Shown: one piece after another, positions 11,507 through 21,289 of the stretch
Numbering within the stretch: the first letter of the stretch is position 1
Layout of the letters: every line of letters starts with the position of its first letter
DNA from: Endomicrobiales bacterium
Lineage (GTDB): Bacteria > Elusimicrobiota > Endomicrobiia > Endomicrobiales > CAWCFT01
NCBI GenBank assembly: GCA_963794945.1
Contig: CAWCFT010000011.1
Coordinates: 98,474 to 162,473 of the forward strand
DNA length: 64,000 bases
Reading direction: 5' to 3'
Program-made: the position numbers and the translations under genes
The notes under the pieces: model-generated
What the model was told of the DNA's origin: nothing
Database searches by the model: none
Seen by the model: the letters and a program-made list of their open reading frames with translations, nothing else

Positions 11507-12043
11507 ATGAACCTCCGCGCAGCAAGACTGCGCGGTATCAAAGGTCAAAGAAATTGAAGAGCTGTAGTTGCTTTATTTGCTCTTTGTTTCCCTGCTTTGC
11601 AACGTAGGCGCGAATCACTTCTTTATTGCCGCCTTCTCCTACTGTTGCTACAAAGTATCCGTCGCTCCAGAGTTCGCCGCCCCAAAGTTCCTTCTTTAAC
11701 TCTGGATGTCTCCGGAAAAGCTCTCTCGCTGTCAAGCTTTTGATTAGTCTTATTACTTGTCCTGGCGAGAACTTTGGCGCTACGCTTATCAGATAGTGGA
11801 CGTGATTCGCGTCTATCCCTATCTGCTCAAACTCTATCTCGTAGCGCTCTTCAATTTCTTTGCTTATTTCAACGAGGCTATGACAGCGGTCAGAATGCCC
11901 GAATATAGCCTTCCTATATTTGACTGGCGTTACAAAATGATAGTGTATCTGATACCCACTGTGCTCTGTCTTTTTGACCGCTCTCATAGCCTCTATTATA
12001 CCTTAGCGGTAACCCCGCAGCAAGACTGCGGGGAATGGTCAAG
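11507..12043 (-). mobile_element. IS200-type insertion sequence (tnpA only)
   Basis: tnpA lies between twin hairpins CCGCGCAG-CAAGA-CTGCGCGG (11515-11535) and CCCCGCAG-CAAGA-CTGCGGGG (12013-12033). Boundaries inferred from guide/cleavage tetranucleotides. Confidence 0.85.
11538..11987 (-). CDS. tnpA: IS200/IS605 family Y1 HUH transposase
   Basis: HYHFVTPVKYRK, HVH motif, LWSDGYFVATVG, catalytic Y in YVAKQ. Confidence 0.95.
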   Translation of the reverse strand: MRAVKKTEHSGYQIHYHFVTPVKYRKAIFGHSDRCHSLVEISKEIEERYEIEFEQIGIDANHVHYLISVAPKFSPGQVIRLIKSLTARELFRRHPELKKELWGGELWSDGYFVATVGEGGNKEVIRAYVAKQGNKEQIKQLQLFNFFDL

Positions 12044-12142
12044 TTCAAACTCAAATACTGAGAGTTTTATATTAAAGACCTTAACCTTGATTTTGATATT
12101 TGATGTTTGATTTTTGATACAGTAATACAATAAGGAAATAAA

Positions 12143-13253
12143 ATGAAACTTTCACGGGTTCTTGCAATCGCCAGGAAAGAAGTGATGCACATACTCCGCG
12201 ACCCGTTCACGGCCGGCATGGCGCTTGGCTTGCCCATAATACTTGTGGTATATTTCGGTTTCGCTATAGATTTTGATTTCAGGAACGTGAAACTGGCTCT
12301 TTATGATTTCGACAATACTCGCCAATCAAGAGAGCTCGCCGACGTTTTCCTCGCGTTCTGGCTATTTCAATCTTGACAAGGGCGAATATCCGGGCGGCAT
12401 GCTTAGAGAAGTAGAAACCGAAAAAGATTTTGGTTCGATCGTTATCTCTCCCGAGTTCGGCAGGAAAATAGCTTCAGAAAAAACCGGCAACGTGCAGATA
12501 CTTATAGATGGCTCTGACAACCAGAAGACCGGCATTATAACTAGATATATCGGTTCGATCCAACAGGCGGTTTCCACGCGTATTTCCGGCCAGCAACCAA
12601 AAGCGCCTTTTGAGCTGCGCACCAGGTTCCTTTATAACCCTGAGCTGAACACGCAATGGTTCATTGTTCCAGGCCTTATTGTGATAGTCGTTGGCATCTT
12701 ATCGATCCTTATGACTTCTCTCACTGTCGCCAGGGAGTGGGAGAACGGGTCTATGGAGCTTCTGTTATCGACACCCGTGGAACCGATGGAGATAGTCCTC
12801 GGAAAGATACTGCCTTATGTCGGTATCGGCCTCATCGGGACGGTGCTGGTTTATACAACAGCCCGCCTTGTGTTCGGCGTGCCTTTCGAGGGCAGCCACC
12901 TGCTGTTGATACTTGCCGTACTTATATTTATTGTAGCTTCCCTAGCGCAGGGCATATTGATCTCTGTAACGATGCGCCAGCAGAGCAGGTCTATGCAGCT
13001 GTCATTTATAAGCGGCTTCCTGCCATCACTGCTGCTTTCGGGGTTCATATTCCCGGTCGAGAGTATGCCGCTTTTTTTCCGCTGCCTTACGGCCCTGCTT
13101 GCCCCGAGATGGTTCATGAACATAATAAGGGCCCTTTTCCTGAAAGGCTCGAACCTGTTCGAGCTGGCTGTCCCTTTCACCGCGCTTATTTTATTGAGCC
13201 TCATTCCCATTATAGCCGCCTCCAAACGTTTCAAAAAGGACCTTGAACCATGA
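12143..13253 (+). CDS. ABC-2 permease (YbhS-like); frameshift near 12350
   Basis: RKEVMHILRD, IDGSD, RFLYNPEL, VAREWENGSMELL, SGFIFPVESMP. Confidence 0.88.
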
Positions 13254-14353
13254 AAAAAGTCCTTCTCGGTTTTATCAAAAAGGAATTTGCCCAAACGCTG
13301 AGGGACCCGGTAATGAGGGTCTTTCTTTTCGTTGCGCCAGTTATACAGCTTTGTATTTTCGGCTTCGCCATCAACACCGACTTTAAGAATATCAACCTTG
13401 CAGTTATGCACTCGCCGTCCGACCTAACCGCGAGCCGGCTTTCCGACAGGATATACGCCACCGGCTGGTTCAACCGTATCGATACTACGCAAGAAACTGA
13501 CCCGGTTGAGCTGATGCAGTCGGGCAAAGCCGATGCCGTGCTGGTCGCGCCCGCCCGCGGGATAGACCACGATGCCGCCAGGGGGCCTGCCGTTATACAA
13601 TTGTTAATTGACGCGCAGAACGCGACTAAAGCGCGTGCAATAGAATCCTACATCCAGAGCATAGCGGCAATGTTCATTTCCGAAAATTTCCCGGGCTCCC
13701 AAAGCCCCGCGCAGGTTGTTTTTGACGTCAGGGTGCTTTACAACCCGGCCCTGGAAACCCCTATATTCATGATACCTGGAATCATGACACTTATCATGTG
13801 CCTCGCAACGGTTATGCTTACAAGCATGTCAATAGCGCGGGAAAAGGAACTGGGCACCTTCGAGAGCATAATCGCCGCCCCGCTTGGGAACATGGAGATA
13901 ATACTAGGCAAAACTATACCGTTCATAATAATCGGCCTGATAGATGCGGTATTCATAATGTCCGCTGGCATGCTGATATTCGGAGTTCCAATGAGAGGGT
14001 CATTCTTGCTTCTATTTATGGCGACACTTGTATTCGTCTGCACGACCGTCAGCATAGGCACGCTGATATCCACGTTCGCCGCGAACCAGCAGCAGGCGAT
14101 GATGGGCACGTTCCTTTTTGTTTTCCCTGCCATGCTGATGTCAGGCGTGTTCTTCCCGCTTGAGAACATGCCGCTGGCTCTAAAGTTCTTTTCTTATATC
14201 GATCCCCTCAGGTATTTTATTATCATGCTCAGGAGCGTCATGCTAAAAGGCAACATTCCCGGAGTGTACTTCCCGAACTTAGTTATACTTGTTGCTATGA
14301 TGTTCACGGCCGTGTATATAGCCGCCCAACGCTTCCGCCAGACGCTCAACTAA
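13250..14353 (+). CDS. ABC-2 permease (YbhR-like)
   Basis: KEFAQTLRD, RVLYNPAL, IAREKELGTFE, SGVFFPLENMP. Confidence 0.9.
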   Translation: MKKVLLGFIKKEFAQTLRDPVMRVFLFVAPVIQLCIFGFAINTDFKNINLAVMHSPSDLTASRLSDRIYATGWFNRIDTTQETDPVELMQSGKADAVLVAPARGIDHDAARGPAVIQLLIDAQNATKARAIESYIQSIAAMFISENFPGSQSPAQVVFDVRVLYNPALETPIFMIPGIMTLIMCLATVMLTSMSIAREKELGTFESIIAAPLGNMEIILGKTIPFIIIGLIDAVFIMSAGMLIFGVPMRGSFLLLFMATLVFVCTTVSIGTLISTFAANQQQAMMGTFLFVFPAMLMSGVFFPLENMPLALKFFSYIDPLRYFIIMLRSVMLKGNIPGVYFPNLVILVAMMFTAVYIAAQRFRQTLN

Positions 14354-14460
14354 AGATAAAAAGTATATCAAACACGTTCCTTGCTGGCAAAATAAATACA
14401 ATGACTGTACCACCGAGTTGAACGCCCGGATCCAAGCTTTTAAACTATTGATTTATTGCC

Positions 14461-16158
14461 TTAATATAACTGATATATGGTATAAATTACGGTTCCATCA
14501 AATGACTTAACAACGCCAAACGTGTCAAAATGCATTTTTTTATCCCTGGCAAAATCTTGCAGGTATTGGCGAATGTTATCATAGGGACGTTTCCCCGGGA
14601 GTGAAATGTCCCTTGAAAACTCCAACGATGGAACAATTTCTTCAAATACAAAATAAGCCTTATCGTTGCGTGCCGCTTTTGATGTCATTTTTTCTGTAAA
14701 CATTTTTTTCACTGTAAATCTTAATGGATAATACTGTTGGACATCCCCTTTAGTGACTATAATTATCTTTCCATACAGGCTGTTATTTACAACAGTTACT
14801 GGGCAAAGATTATTATATTTAATATAACCTGCCAACCGCTCGACACTGTTTTCAATGACGCCTATATGCTCTGTATCTCTTTTAATCTCTGCTTCATATG
14901 CCATAAGTATGTTTACTTTTGCCGCAATTATCATCACAAAGATTAATACAGCCGAAACTCTAATAACTCCTTTCATCACACTGCTTCCGTTGTCCTTATA
15001 CGAGCCTGATATTTTATATAAGTTATATACAAACAGAGCGAGTACAAACTGTTGCAAAGGCTGCATTAATGCCAGGTGACTAAACCTCATGGATCCCGGA
15101 GAAAAAAAAGTCGTTAAAAATGTAGCTAGATAGAAAATATAAATAAATATGATTATTTTTGTGTTACTATTTCTATGGATATACAACACACACAAGTTAA
15201 ATATAAATCCAGCCCAGAAAAGAATGAATAATATTTCCCTGAATATTTGCACCATATAAAACTTCGAAATGCCATCGTCTTTTAACAACTCAAATAGATG
15301 CCCAACCCTCAGTTTAATATGTTCCAATAAATCCATGTTGCTGATGCCTGCCCACGTTCTTTCATTTGAAAATAAATATTTTACAAGCTTTAAAGTATTG
15401 CCACCGGTTACAAAGTTATAATACAACATCATAAATGCCCCTGCAGAGAAGGCCATTACAAGCAGAATTAACTGCACTTTATTGAACTCCTTGTATTTTT
15501 CCATTATCTTTCTGCGATACACAATCAGACCTGCTACAATACCCCCAAAATAATAAGAAAATGCGGACAGCTTTATGCTTGAGCATGACCCAAGAATTAT
15601 TACCGCTATAAACAGATAAATAAAACTATTATTCTGCTTGTACATCATATAAGACAAAACAGCAAATATTAAAAAAATGAATATCAAATGCTCATCCGTA
15701 ATTAATGTAAAAGAAGAAAAATATGCGAAGGAAGCGCTTAAGGAAAGGAATAATGCAGTAACAAAGGCAAACTCGCTGTCAAAAAGTTTCTTTAACGCAT
15801 AAAACAATGCTATCAATCCGATATATGATATAAAAATAAAAATCATTTTAAACGTATATATACTTATGCCAAACAACCCGAAAAATGGAAGCACGATAAA
15901 TGACGGAAGTGAAAATTGAAAATTTCTATAGTGCTTCATAGGTATACCATAACAGTCCACCGGTATACTGTTCCCAAATAACTTAATAGAGACACTTGCC
16001 CAGCAGTCAAGTTGTTTACCTTGCAAAACATTTATGGCAAACTGCCCGAAAACAAGCTCGTCTTTACATGCATCAAGGTATTTAATATTGGGGAGTGCTG
16101 GCAGCAAAAATACCGCCGTCAGCAACATGAGCATGATGGGTTCTTTTAGATATTTCAT
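14461..16158 (-). CDS. ArnT/PMT-like glycosyltransferase family 39 membrane protein
   Basis: Polytopic membrane protein with an early DE motif (CKDE) and the pattern LFGISIYTFK...ALFYALKKLF; AT-richer than neighbours. Confidence 0.65.
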   Translation of the reverse strand: MKYLKEPIMLMLLTAVFLLPALPNIKYLDACKDELVFGQFAINVLQGKQLDCWASVSIKLFGNSIPVDCYGIPMKHYRNFQFSLPSFIVLPFFGLFGISIYTFKMIFIFISYIGLIALFYALKKLFDSEFAFVTALFLSLSASFAYFSSFTLITDEHLIFIFLIFAVLSYMMYKQNNSFIYLFIAVIILGSCSSIKLSAFSYYFGGIVAGLIVYRRKIMEKYKEFNKVQLILLVMAFSAGAFMMLYYNFVTGGNTLKLVKYLFSNERTWAGISNMDLLEHIKLRVGHLFELLKDDGISKFYMVQIFREILFILFWAGFIFNLCVLYIHRNSNTKIIIFIYIFYLATFLTTFFSPGSMRFSHLALMQPLQQFVLALFVYNLYKISGSYKDNGSSVMKGVIRVSAVLIFVMIIAAKVNILMAYEAEIKRDTEHIGVIENSVERLAGYIKYNNLCPVTVVNNSLYGKIIIVTKGDVQQYYPLRFTVKKMFTEKMTSKAARNDKAYFVFEEIVPSLEFSRDISLPGKRPYDNIRQYLQDFARDKKMHFDTFGVVKSFDGTVIYTIYQLY

Positions 16159-16366
16159 TGCCTAAAGTTCAATAGTTTAACGATGATGGAGTATAATGGG
16201 CAAGTCCATGGCACAAAATTGTGGTGCACTGTCCGCCGTTTCTGGCATAAACTCAATTAACGGCAAATCATTAACCAATAATTAAATATTAAATTGCTGC
16301 GCTATTATGCCGTCTTTGGCGGCCAAGCCTGCCGCGGGCAAACACCGATATTTTGATATTTGATTC

Positions 16367-18328
16367 TTATTTATCGCTCGTCTTCGCTATCGACAGCGCG
16401 ACCACACTCGCAAACGATTCCAATAACTGATCCTGTTCAGATGTTAGTGATTCATCAGGTTCTTTGGTTCTTAAACCGATAACACCAATTGTTTTGTCTT
16501 TCAACTTAAGAGGTATATAGTACCAGGCCGCTGATGCCAAGGTCTTCGTACTTTTCCCCGCGGGCTGGCCGTTAGCGTACACCCACGCCGCGACGGCAGT
16601 TTCGGAAGTGCTAAGAGTTATATCCTGCCTGCTTTTTTCCTTAACCCTCACCCACCCCGAGCCATCCGGCAGGAATATACCCACATCGCTTTCGAAAGCT
16701 TCTGAAATGCTCTTTACCGCTCGCGCCAGTATCTCATCCAACCCTTCAGCCGCCATTATGGCCCTGCTGAACGTGTAGAGCGAATACACGAACCTTTCCC
16801 TGTGTCGGGATCCTTCCGCTTCCTGGCGCACCGACTTTGCCAGATAGCTAGTTATCACGGACACCAGAATGAACACTATAAAACTCGGGAGATAACGTAT
16901 ATCCGTAACCCTGAAAGTTAGGTATGGCGGCACAAAGAAGAAATCAAACGACGCCACAGCGACAAGCGACGCGAACATTCCCACCCTTATTCCCCAGAGT
17001 AATCCGCTTGCTATAGCCGGCAGCAAAAGAAGCATCCCGATATTTACGGGCTCGAAATTTGTCCGCATCATCCAGCCCAGCGCTATCGTTACAGCTATCG
17101 CGCAAAAACTCGCGGCGTAGGCCTTAAGGTCGATCTTACGCATTGGCGGGATCTTAATTTTGCTTTCTTCTTCTTCGGCCTTTGTGCCGGCGATTAGAAC
17201 GTTTATCGGGCCGCTTTTATTTATCAGGGTATCCAGTACCGACCCTTTCAGCATCCTGTCTATAAAGTTCCTTCTAGACGGCCCCGCAACGATAAGGGTA
17301 ACGTTCTTTTCCCGCGCAAAACCCAGTATCTCGTCTGCCACGTTACTGCCGCTTAACGAAACGACCTGCGCGCCCAGCTCTTCCGCGAGCCGAATATTCT
17401 TGTCCATCTGCAGCCTGGCTTTTTCGTCTGTTTCGAGCTGCTGAGGAGACTCGACATAAACAGCGAACCACTCGGCGTCAAGGTCCTGCGCCATGCGGTG
17501 GGTGAACCTGAGCAGCCTGTCCGATGAAGAGCTCGCTGTAATTCCTACAAGAAGGCGCGAGCCCACGGGCCATGGGCCGGATACGGCGTGTTTTGCCATG
17601 TAAGAGCGTGCATCTTCATCTACGTGTTTCGCTGTGTAGTGCAGTGACAGCTCGCGCAGCGCCAGCAGGTTACTTTTCTTAAAGAACTGGCGTATCGCCT
17701 GCTCGGCTTTTTTAGGTATATATACCTTGCCGTCTTTTAGCCTCTCAATGAGCTTTTCCGGAGTTAGGTCCACCAGCTCGACTTCGTCAGCGAGCTCCAG
17801 TATCCTGTCTGGAACGGTCTCCGAGACTTTTACACCGGACGTTTGCAGCACGACGTCGAGAAGGCTTTCTATATGCTGGATATTGAGTGTGGTAAAAACA
17901 TCTATACCAGCCTTGAGAAGCTCTTCAACATCCTGATACCGCTTTTCATGCCTTGAGCCTGGAGCATTAGTGTGGGCAAGTTCGTCAACAAGGGCTATAG
18001 CCGGTTTGCGGGCGAGCATGGCGTCTATATCCATCTCTTCAAGCGATATTCCCGAATATTCGATTTTTTTCAGAGGAACTGTTTCAAGGCCGGCAAGGAG
18101 CGCCTCGGTCTCTTTTCTTCCGTGAGTCATTGCCATTCCTATTACAACGTCAACACCGTTCTTACTGTTAGCGCCCGCTTCCTGGAGCATGCGGTATGTT
18201 TTTCCCACACCGGGGCAATAACCTAGGAATACTTTAAGCTTTCCGTTTTTTTTCGGGCCGGGGCTGTCAGTTTCATCCTCTTTAATTTGCGCCAGGAGCT
18301 CGTCCGGATTTTGTCTTTTTTCTTCCAT
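16367..18328 (-). CDS. kdpD: KdpD sensor lacking the kinase core (KdpD domain, USP, DUF4118 4TM, GAF)
   Basis: GKLKVFLGYCPGVGKTY, LVDELAHTN, RYQDVEELL, USP domain, FDFFFVPPYLTF, GAF, then TAA with no H-box. Start at MEEKRQNPD. Confidence 0.9.
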   Translation of the reverse strand: MEEKRQNPDELLAQIKEDETDSPGPKKNGKLKVFLGYCPGVGKTYRMLQEAGANSKNGVDVVIGMAMTHGRKETEALLAGLETVPLKKIEYSGISLEEMDIDAMLARKPAIALVDELAHTNAPGSRHEKRYQDVEELLKAGIDVFTTLNIQHIESLLDVVLQTSGVKVSETVPDRILELADEVELVDLTPEKLIERLKDGKVYIPKKAEQAIRQFFKKSNLLALRELSLHYTAKHVDEDARSYMAKHAVSGPWPVGSRLLVGITASSSSDRLLRFTHRMAQDLDAEWFAVYVESPQQLETDEKARLQMDKNIRLAEELGAQVVSLSGSNVADEILGFAREKNVTLIVAGPSRRNFIDRMLKGSVLDTLINKSGPINVLIAGTKAEEEESKIKIPPMRKIDLKAYAASFCAIAVTIALGWMMRTNFEPVNIGMLLLLPAIASGLLWGIRVGMFASLVAVASFDFFFVPPYLTFRVTDIRYLPSFIVFILVSVITSYLAKSVRQEAEGSRHRERFVYSLYTFSRAIMAAEGLDEILARAVKSISEAFESDVGIFLPDGSGWVRVKEKSRQDITLSTSETAVAAWVYANGQPAGKSTKTLASAAWYYIPLKLKDKTIGVIGLRTKEPDESLTSEQDQLLESFASVVALSIAKTSDK

Positions 18329-18398
18329 GCTGATTATCCCTTTTGTGTTCTGTCTAGGCACTATTATATATATTTGAACTAATTTAAGGAAGCCGTAA

Positions 18399-19377
18399 TT
18401 AATTTTTTGTTGCGGTTTCTTGTTTTGAACCCTCCAACGAACGGGGATTGGACACCCCCTCGTAATCAATTCCTCCAACAGGCTCTTTTGAAATAGCCTG
18501 TTTTAATGTAGATAGTATGTCCTGGCACAGGAGCGAGACCTTGCGCTTCTGCCCCAGAGACATGGACAGCGAGCGGACGTTCGTATTCTCGCGGGAAAGG
18601 GCAAGGATGTGCTTTCTTATCTCGTTGAACTTAGCATAATCCTCCGCCGCTTTTACAACATCGGGGTCGCCGCTTAATTTTTTAAACGCGGCAAGCCCGG
18701 AGAGGTTCTTGCGGACAATATTATCTTCACGCGCCATCTTCGCTTCTATCTCGTCCATTTTTTTATCGTTTTCTTCCGCTATGTGCGGCGCTAGCATTGT
18801 TTGTATGCGGAGTGCTCCGGCTTGGGCGCCGAAAGCAAGCGGCAGAATATTCTTAGATTCATTTGAATCCGTACTTTTTGCCGCAATCCGTGAGAGTGCG
18901 ATGTCCATCTCATTGACAGCTTCTGCGGCCGGGCCGAAAGCCAGGGTGTAAGCCTTTATGTTCGTATTTTTCACTGCAAGTGCTAGCAGTTCATTATCAA
19001 CATTTTTGAAATCCGCAAAGGCTTTGGAGAACTGGACAAAAATATCCTTTTCATCTGGGGTACCGCTCCTCGCCAGAAGTCCTCCCAGTTCCTTACTTTC
19101 GCGTTCCGCATTCGCCGTCAGCCGCACGCGCCTGGTCCGCGAAAGTTAGGGAGTCCTGGTCTGTGACAGCCAAAACGGCGCTCTTTTCAGCTTCTGAAGC
19201 CGAGGCAAGGGACAGGCTCATCTGGGATACAAGGTCCGCCCGCTTGGCCTTGAAAGCCAGTTGTCCGACTGGGCTTTGACCAGTTTTGAAATGCAGAGCT
19301 ACAAGAATGATCGCAAGCAATATCACCGCCCCGAATGTCATCCATTGCAATTCTATCATTCCAGGTTTTATTTTCAC
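18399..19377 (-). CDS. Single-TM protein with MCP-type four-helix-bundle periplasmic domain; frameshift near 19125
   Basis: GTG after GGAGGG, one TM, helical repeats (EAEKSAVLA; LLALAVKNTNIKA; ILALSRENTNVRS); no cytoplasmic signalling domain. Confidence 0.7.
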
Positions 19378-19388
19378 GGGTCCCTCCG

Positions 19389-20138
19389 TTAAAAATTTAT
19401 ATCCAGTTGTGTCGTGAACTCGTTGTTTACATTGACCGCCGGGTTGAGATTGTTGTAAAACACATACCCGAATATTACGCTGGTGTTAGGAGCGAAATAG
19501 TACGAGAACCCAAGACTGGTAGAACCGTAATAGCTCTGGCCGGAAGCGTAATCTATAGCCGCCCACCACTTGTCGTTTATCTGCTTGTCCAAGCTTACTA
19601 TAGCGCCAGTGTTCGCCTTGTTGCCGTTCTCATCAACCAGCAGGCTGCTGTTACCCATGTAGTAACCCACCGATAACCGCGGCAGAGGCTTGAACGTCTT
19701 TGCGGCTACCGCATACCATATGTTGTAGTTGGTTACATTGGTCTTTGTTCCGACATTCATGCTCCCTACGGCTATGGCTGGTATCTTGTCGCCTTCAGGC
19801 AAACCGTATTTGGCGTTGAACTGCACAGGGTTTGTGGAAGGCTCGAACACGTCTATCCCGACCTCAAGGTTCTTTATTAAGCCGTAGGTCAGGTTAACGT
19901 CAGTTGGAGTGTGGTTTGGTTTTGTGTCGTTGCTGGCTACTGAAAAGTAGTCGTCTATGCCAAGGTGCCACTTGTGCAGCTCCTGGATATCGGTCGATGG
20001 GTTCCATATCTGTGTGGAAGGCGTGGCGTAAAGTGAAGTGACCGTAGAAAGGTTTAAACCTAAAAACAGCAGCCAGAACAACTTCTTAATTTGAGTATAC
20101 TTCTTCTTAAAATATGTTTTAAACATAAGATCTATCAA
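19389..20138 (-). CDS. Putative outer-membrane beta-barrel/porin in the kdp operon
   Basis: Signal peptide ending SLYA-TPSTQIW, alternating beta-strand pattern, C-terminal Phe (QLDINF). Confidence 0.6.
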   Translation of the reverse strand: MIDLMFKTYFKKKYTQIKKLFWLLFLGLNLSTVTSLYATPSTQIWNPSTDIQELHKWHLGIDDYFSVASNDTKPNHTPTDVNLTYGLIKNLEVGIDVFEPSTNPVQFNAKYGLPEGDKIPAIAVGSMNVGTKTNVTNYNIWYAVAAKTFKPLPRLSVGYYMGNSSLLVDENGNKANTGAIVSLDKQINDKWWAAIDYASGQSYYGSTSLGFSYYFAPNTSVIFGYVFYNNLNPAVNVNNEFTTQLDINF

Positions 20139-20590
20139 GCATCAGCCTGCTGAATGATCGCGATCACATCCTCTGGCGTTTTTGCTTCCATAAGCGACTG
20201 ACGAAGATATTTGTCTTTCAGGATCTTAGAAATCTTCGCCATGGCCTGTAAATGCTCCCCCTTTGAATCCGCAGGGCCTATAAGCAGGAATATGATATTG
20301 ACCGGATTGCCGTCCAGCGAGTTAAATTCAACACCCTGTTTAGAGAAAGCAAGCACGGCCATCTGTTCTTTGACAATATCGCACCTGCAGTGCGGGATAG
20401 CGACGCCTTGCCCTATGCCTGTTGAGCCCAGCTTTTCACGCTGCATTATAGTTTCTATGGCTTCCGCCGAACTTTTTAGCTTGTGAAGCTTTACCAGCGT
20501 ATCCACAAGTTCAATTATGGCCGGTTCTTTTTCACGCGCCTTAAGGTCAAGCACTATTGTTTCTTTACTAAGCAGGTCCATTATCTTCAT
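20135..20590 (-). CDS. ptsN: PTS IIA component (EIIA-Ntr/fructose-type)
   Basis: REKLGSTGIGQGVAIPH phospho-His motif, FNSLDGNPV, HLQAMAKIS. Confidence 0.8.
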   Translation of the reverse strand: MKIMDLLSKETIVLDLKAREKEPAIIELVDTLVKLHKLKSSAEAIETIMQREKLGSTGIGQGVAIPHCRCDIVKEQMAVLAFSKQGVEFNSLDGNPVNIIFLLIGPADSKGEHLQAMAKISKILKDKYLRQSLMEAKTPEDVIAIIQQADA

Positions 20591-21181
20591 TTATTTACCG
20601 CTCCCTTTATCAGACTGTGCACTTAACTGGTCAAGCCTGCTGTTTAAGGCCAGGACATTAACTCCCTGACAACCCCAAACCCCTATAAAATCGCTGTCGG
20701 TATTTTTGTCTATGAGTTTTTTTACGTCCTTTAAGGATATACCGCGAGCCACGGCTACTCTTCCCGATTGGATCACAGCATTCTCTATACTGATATGAGG
20801 GTCAAGCCCGCTCGCGCTGGTAAGCGCCATATCCGCGGGAATATGTTTATCGGGATTTAATCCGTTTTCCTGCCTCAGTTTTGCTATTTTATCTGCCGTA
20901 GTCTCCATAAGTTTCTTGCTTGACGGGCCGAGATTGGTGCCGCCTGAATTTGTGCCGTCATAATTGTTAGCGGACATCCGGCTCTGAAAATATTTTGCGT
21001 CCGTAAAACCCTGCCCTATCAAACGCGAGCCGATGACAGTGTCTCCCTTTCGCAAAAGGCTCCCGTTAGCCTGGTACGGGAAAAGCGCCTGGGCTAGGAG
21101 CGTTATGCCTATCGGGTAAACAAGGCCCAGCATTACAGTGAAGATCAGGTAAATTCTTAGTGACATTAATATTTTTTTCAT
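20591..21181 (-). CDS. kdpC: K+-transporting ATPase subunit C
   Basis: QANGSL, GSRLIGQ, SGGTNLGP, TSASGLDPHIS, VNVLALN. Confidence 0.95.
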   Translation of the reverse strand: MKKILMSLRIYLIFTVMLGLVYPIGITLLAQALFPYQANGSLLRKGDTVIGSRLIGQGFTDAKYFQSRMSANNYDGTNSGGTNLGPSSKKLMETTADKIAKLRQENGLNPDKHIPADMALTSASGLDPHISIENAVIQSGRVAVARGISLKDVKKLIDKNTDSDFIGVWGCQGVNVLALNSRLDQLSAQSDKGSGK

Positions 21182-21209
21182 TTTGCGGTTCTCCTTTTTT
21201 AAATTCAAT

Positions 21210-21284
21210 ATTACAGATTACAAATTGACACAATAACACAAGCTATTGACATTAATCTGTAATTTGATATTTGTAATTTGTAAT
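21210..21284. repeat. TTACAAA-type heptamer inverted-repeat element, copy A
   Basis: Reverse complement aligns with 26182-26254 (13 identical nt at one end, 22 at the other). Confidence 0.8.
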
Positions 21285-21289
21285 TACTT

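Noticed and set aside
11988..12142. tnpB or omega-RNA associated with the IS200
   Set aside because: Both hairpin ends closely bracket tnpA, leaving no room for tnpB.
17450..17545. c-di-AMP-binding motif in the KdpD USP domain
   Set aside because: The spacing matches the S. aureus SxS-X20-FTAxY motif but reads TAS-X20-WFAVY, which is also like non-binding KdpDs; not diagnostic.
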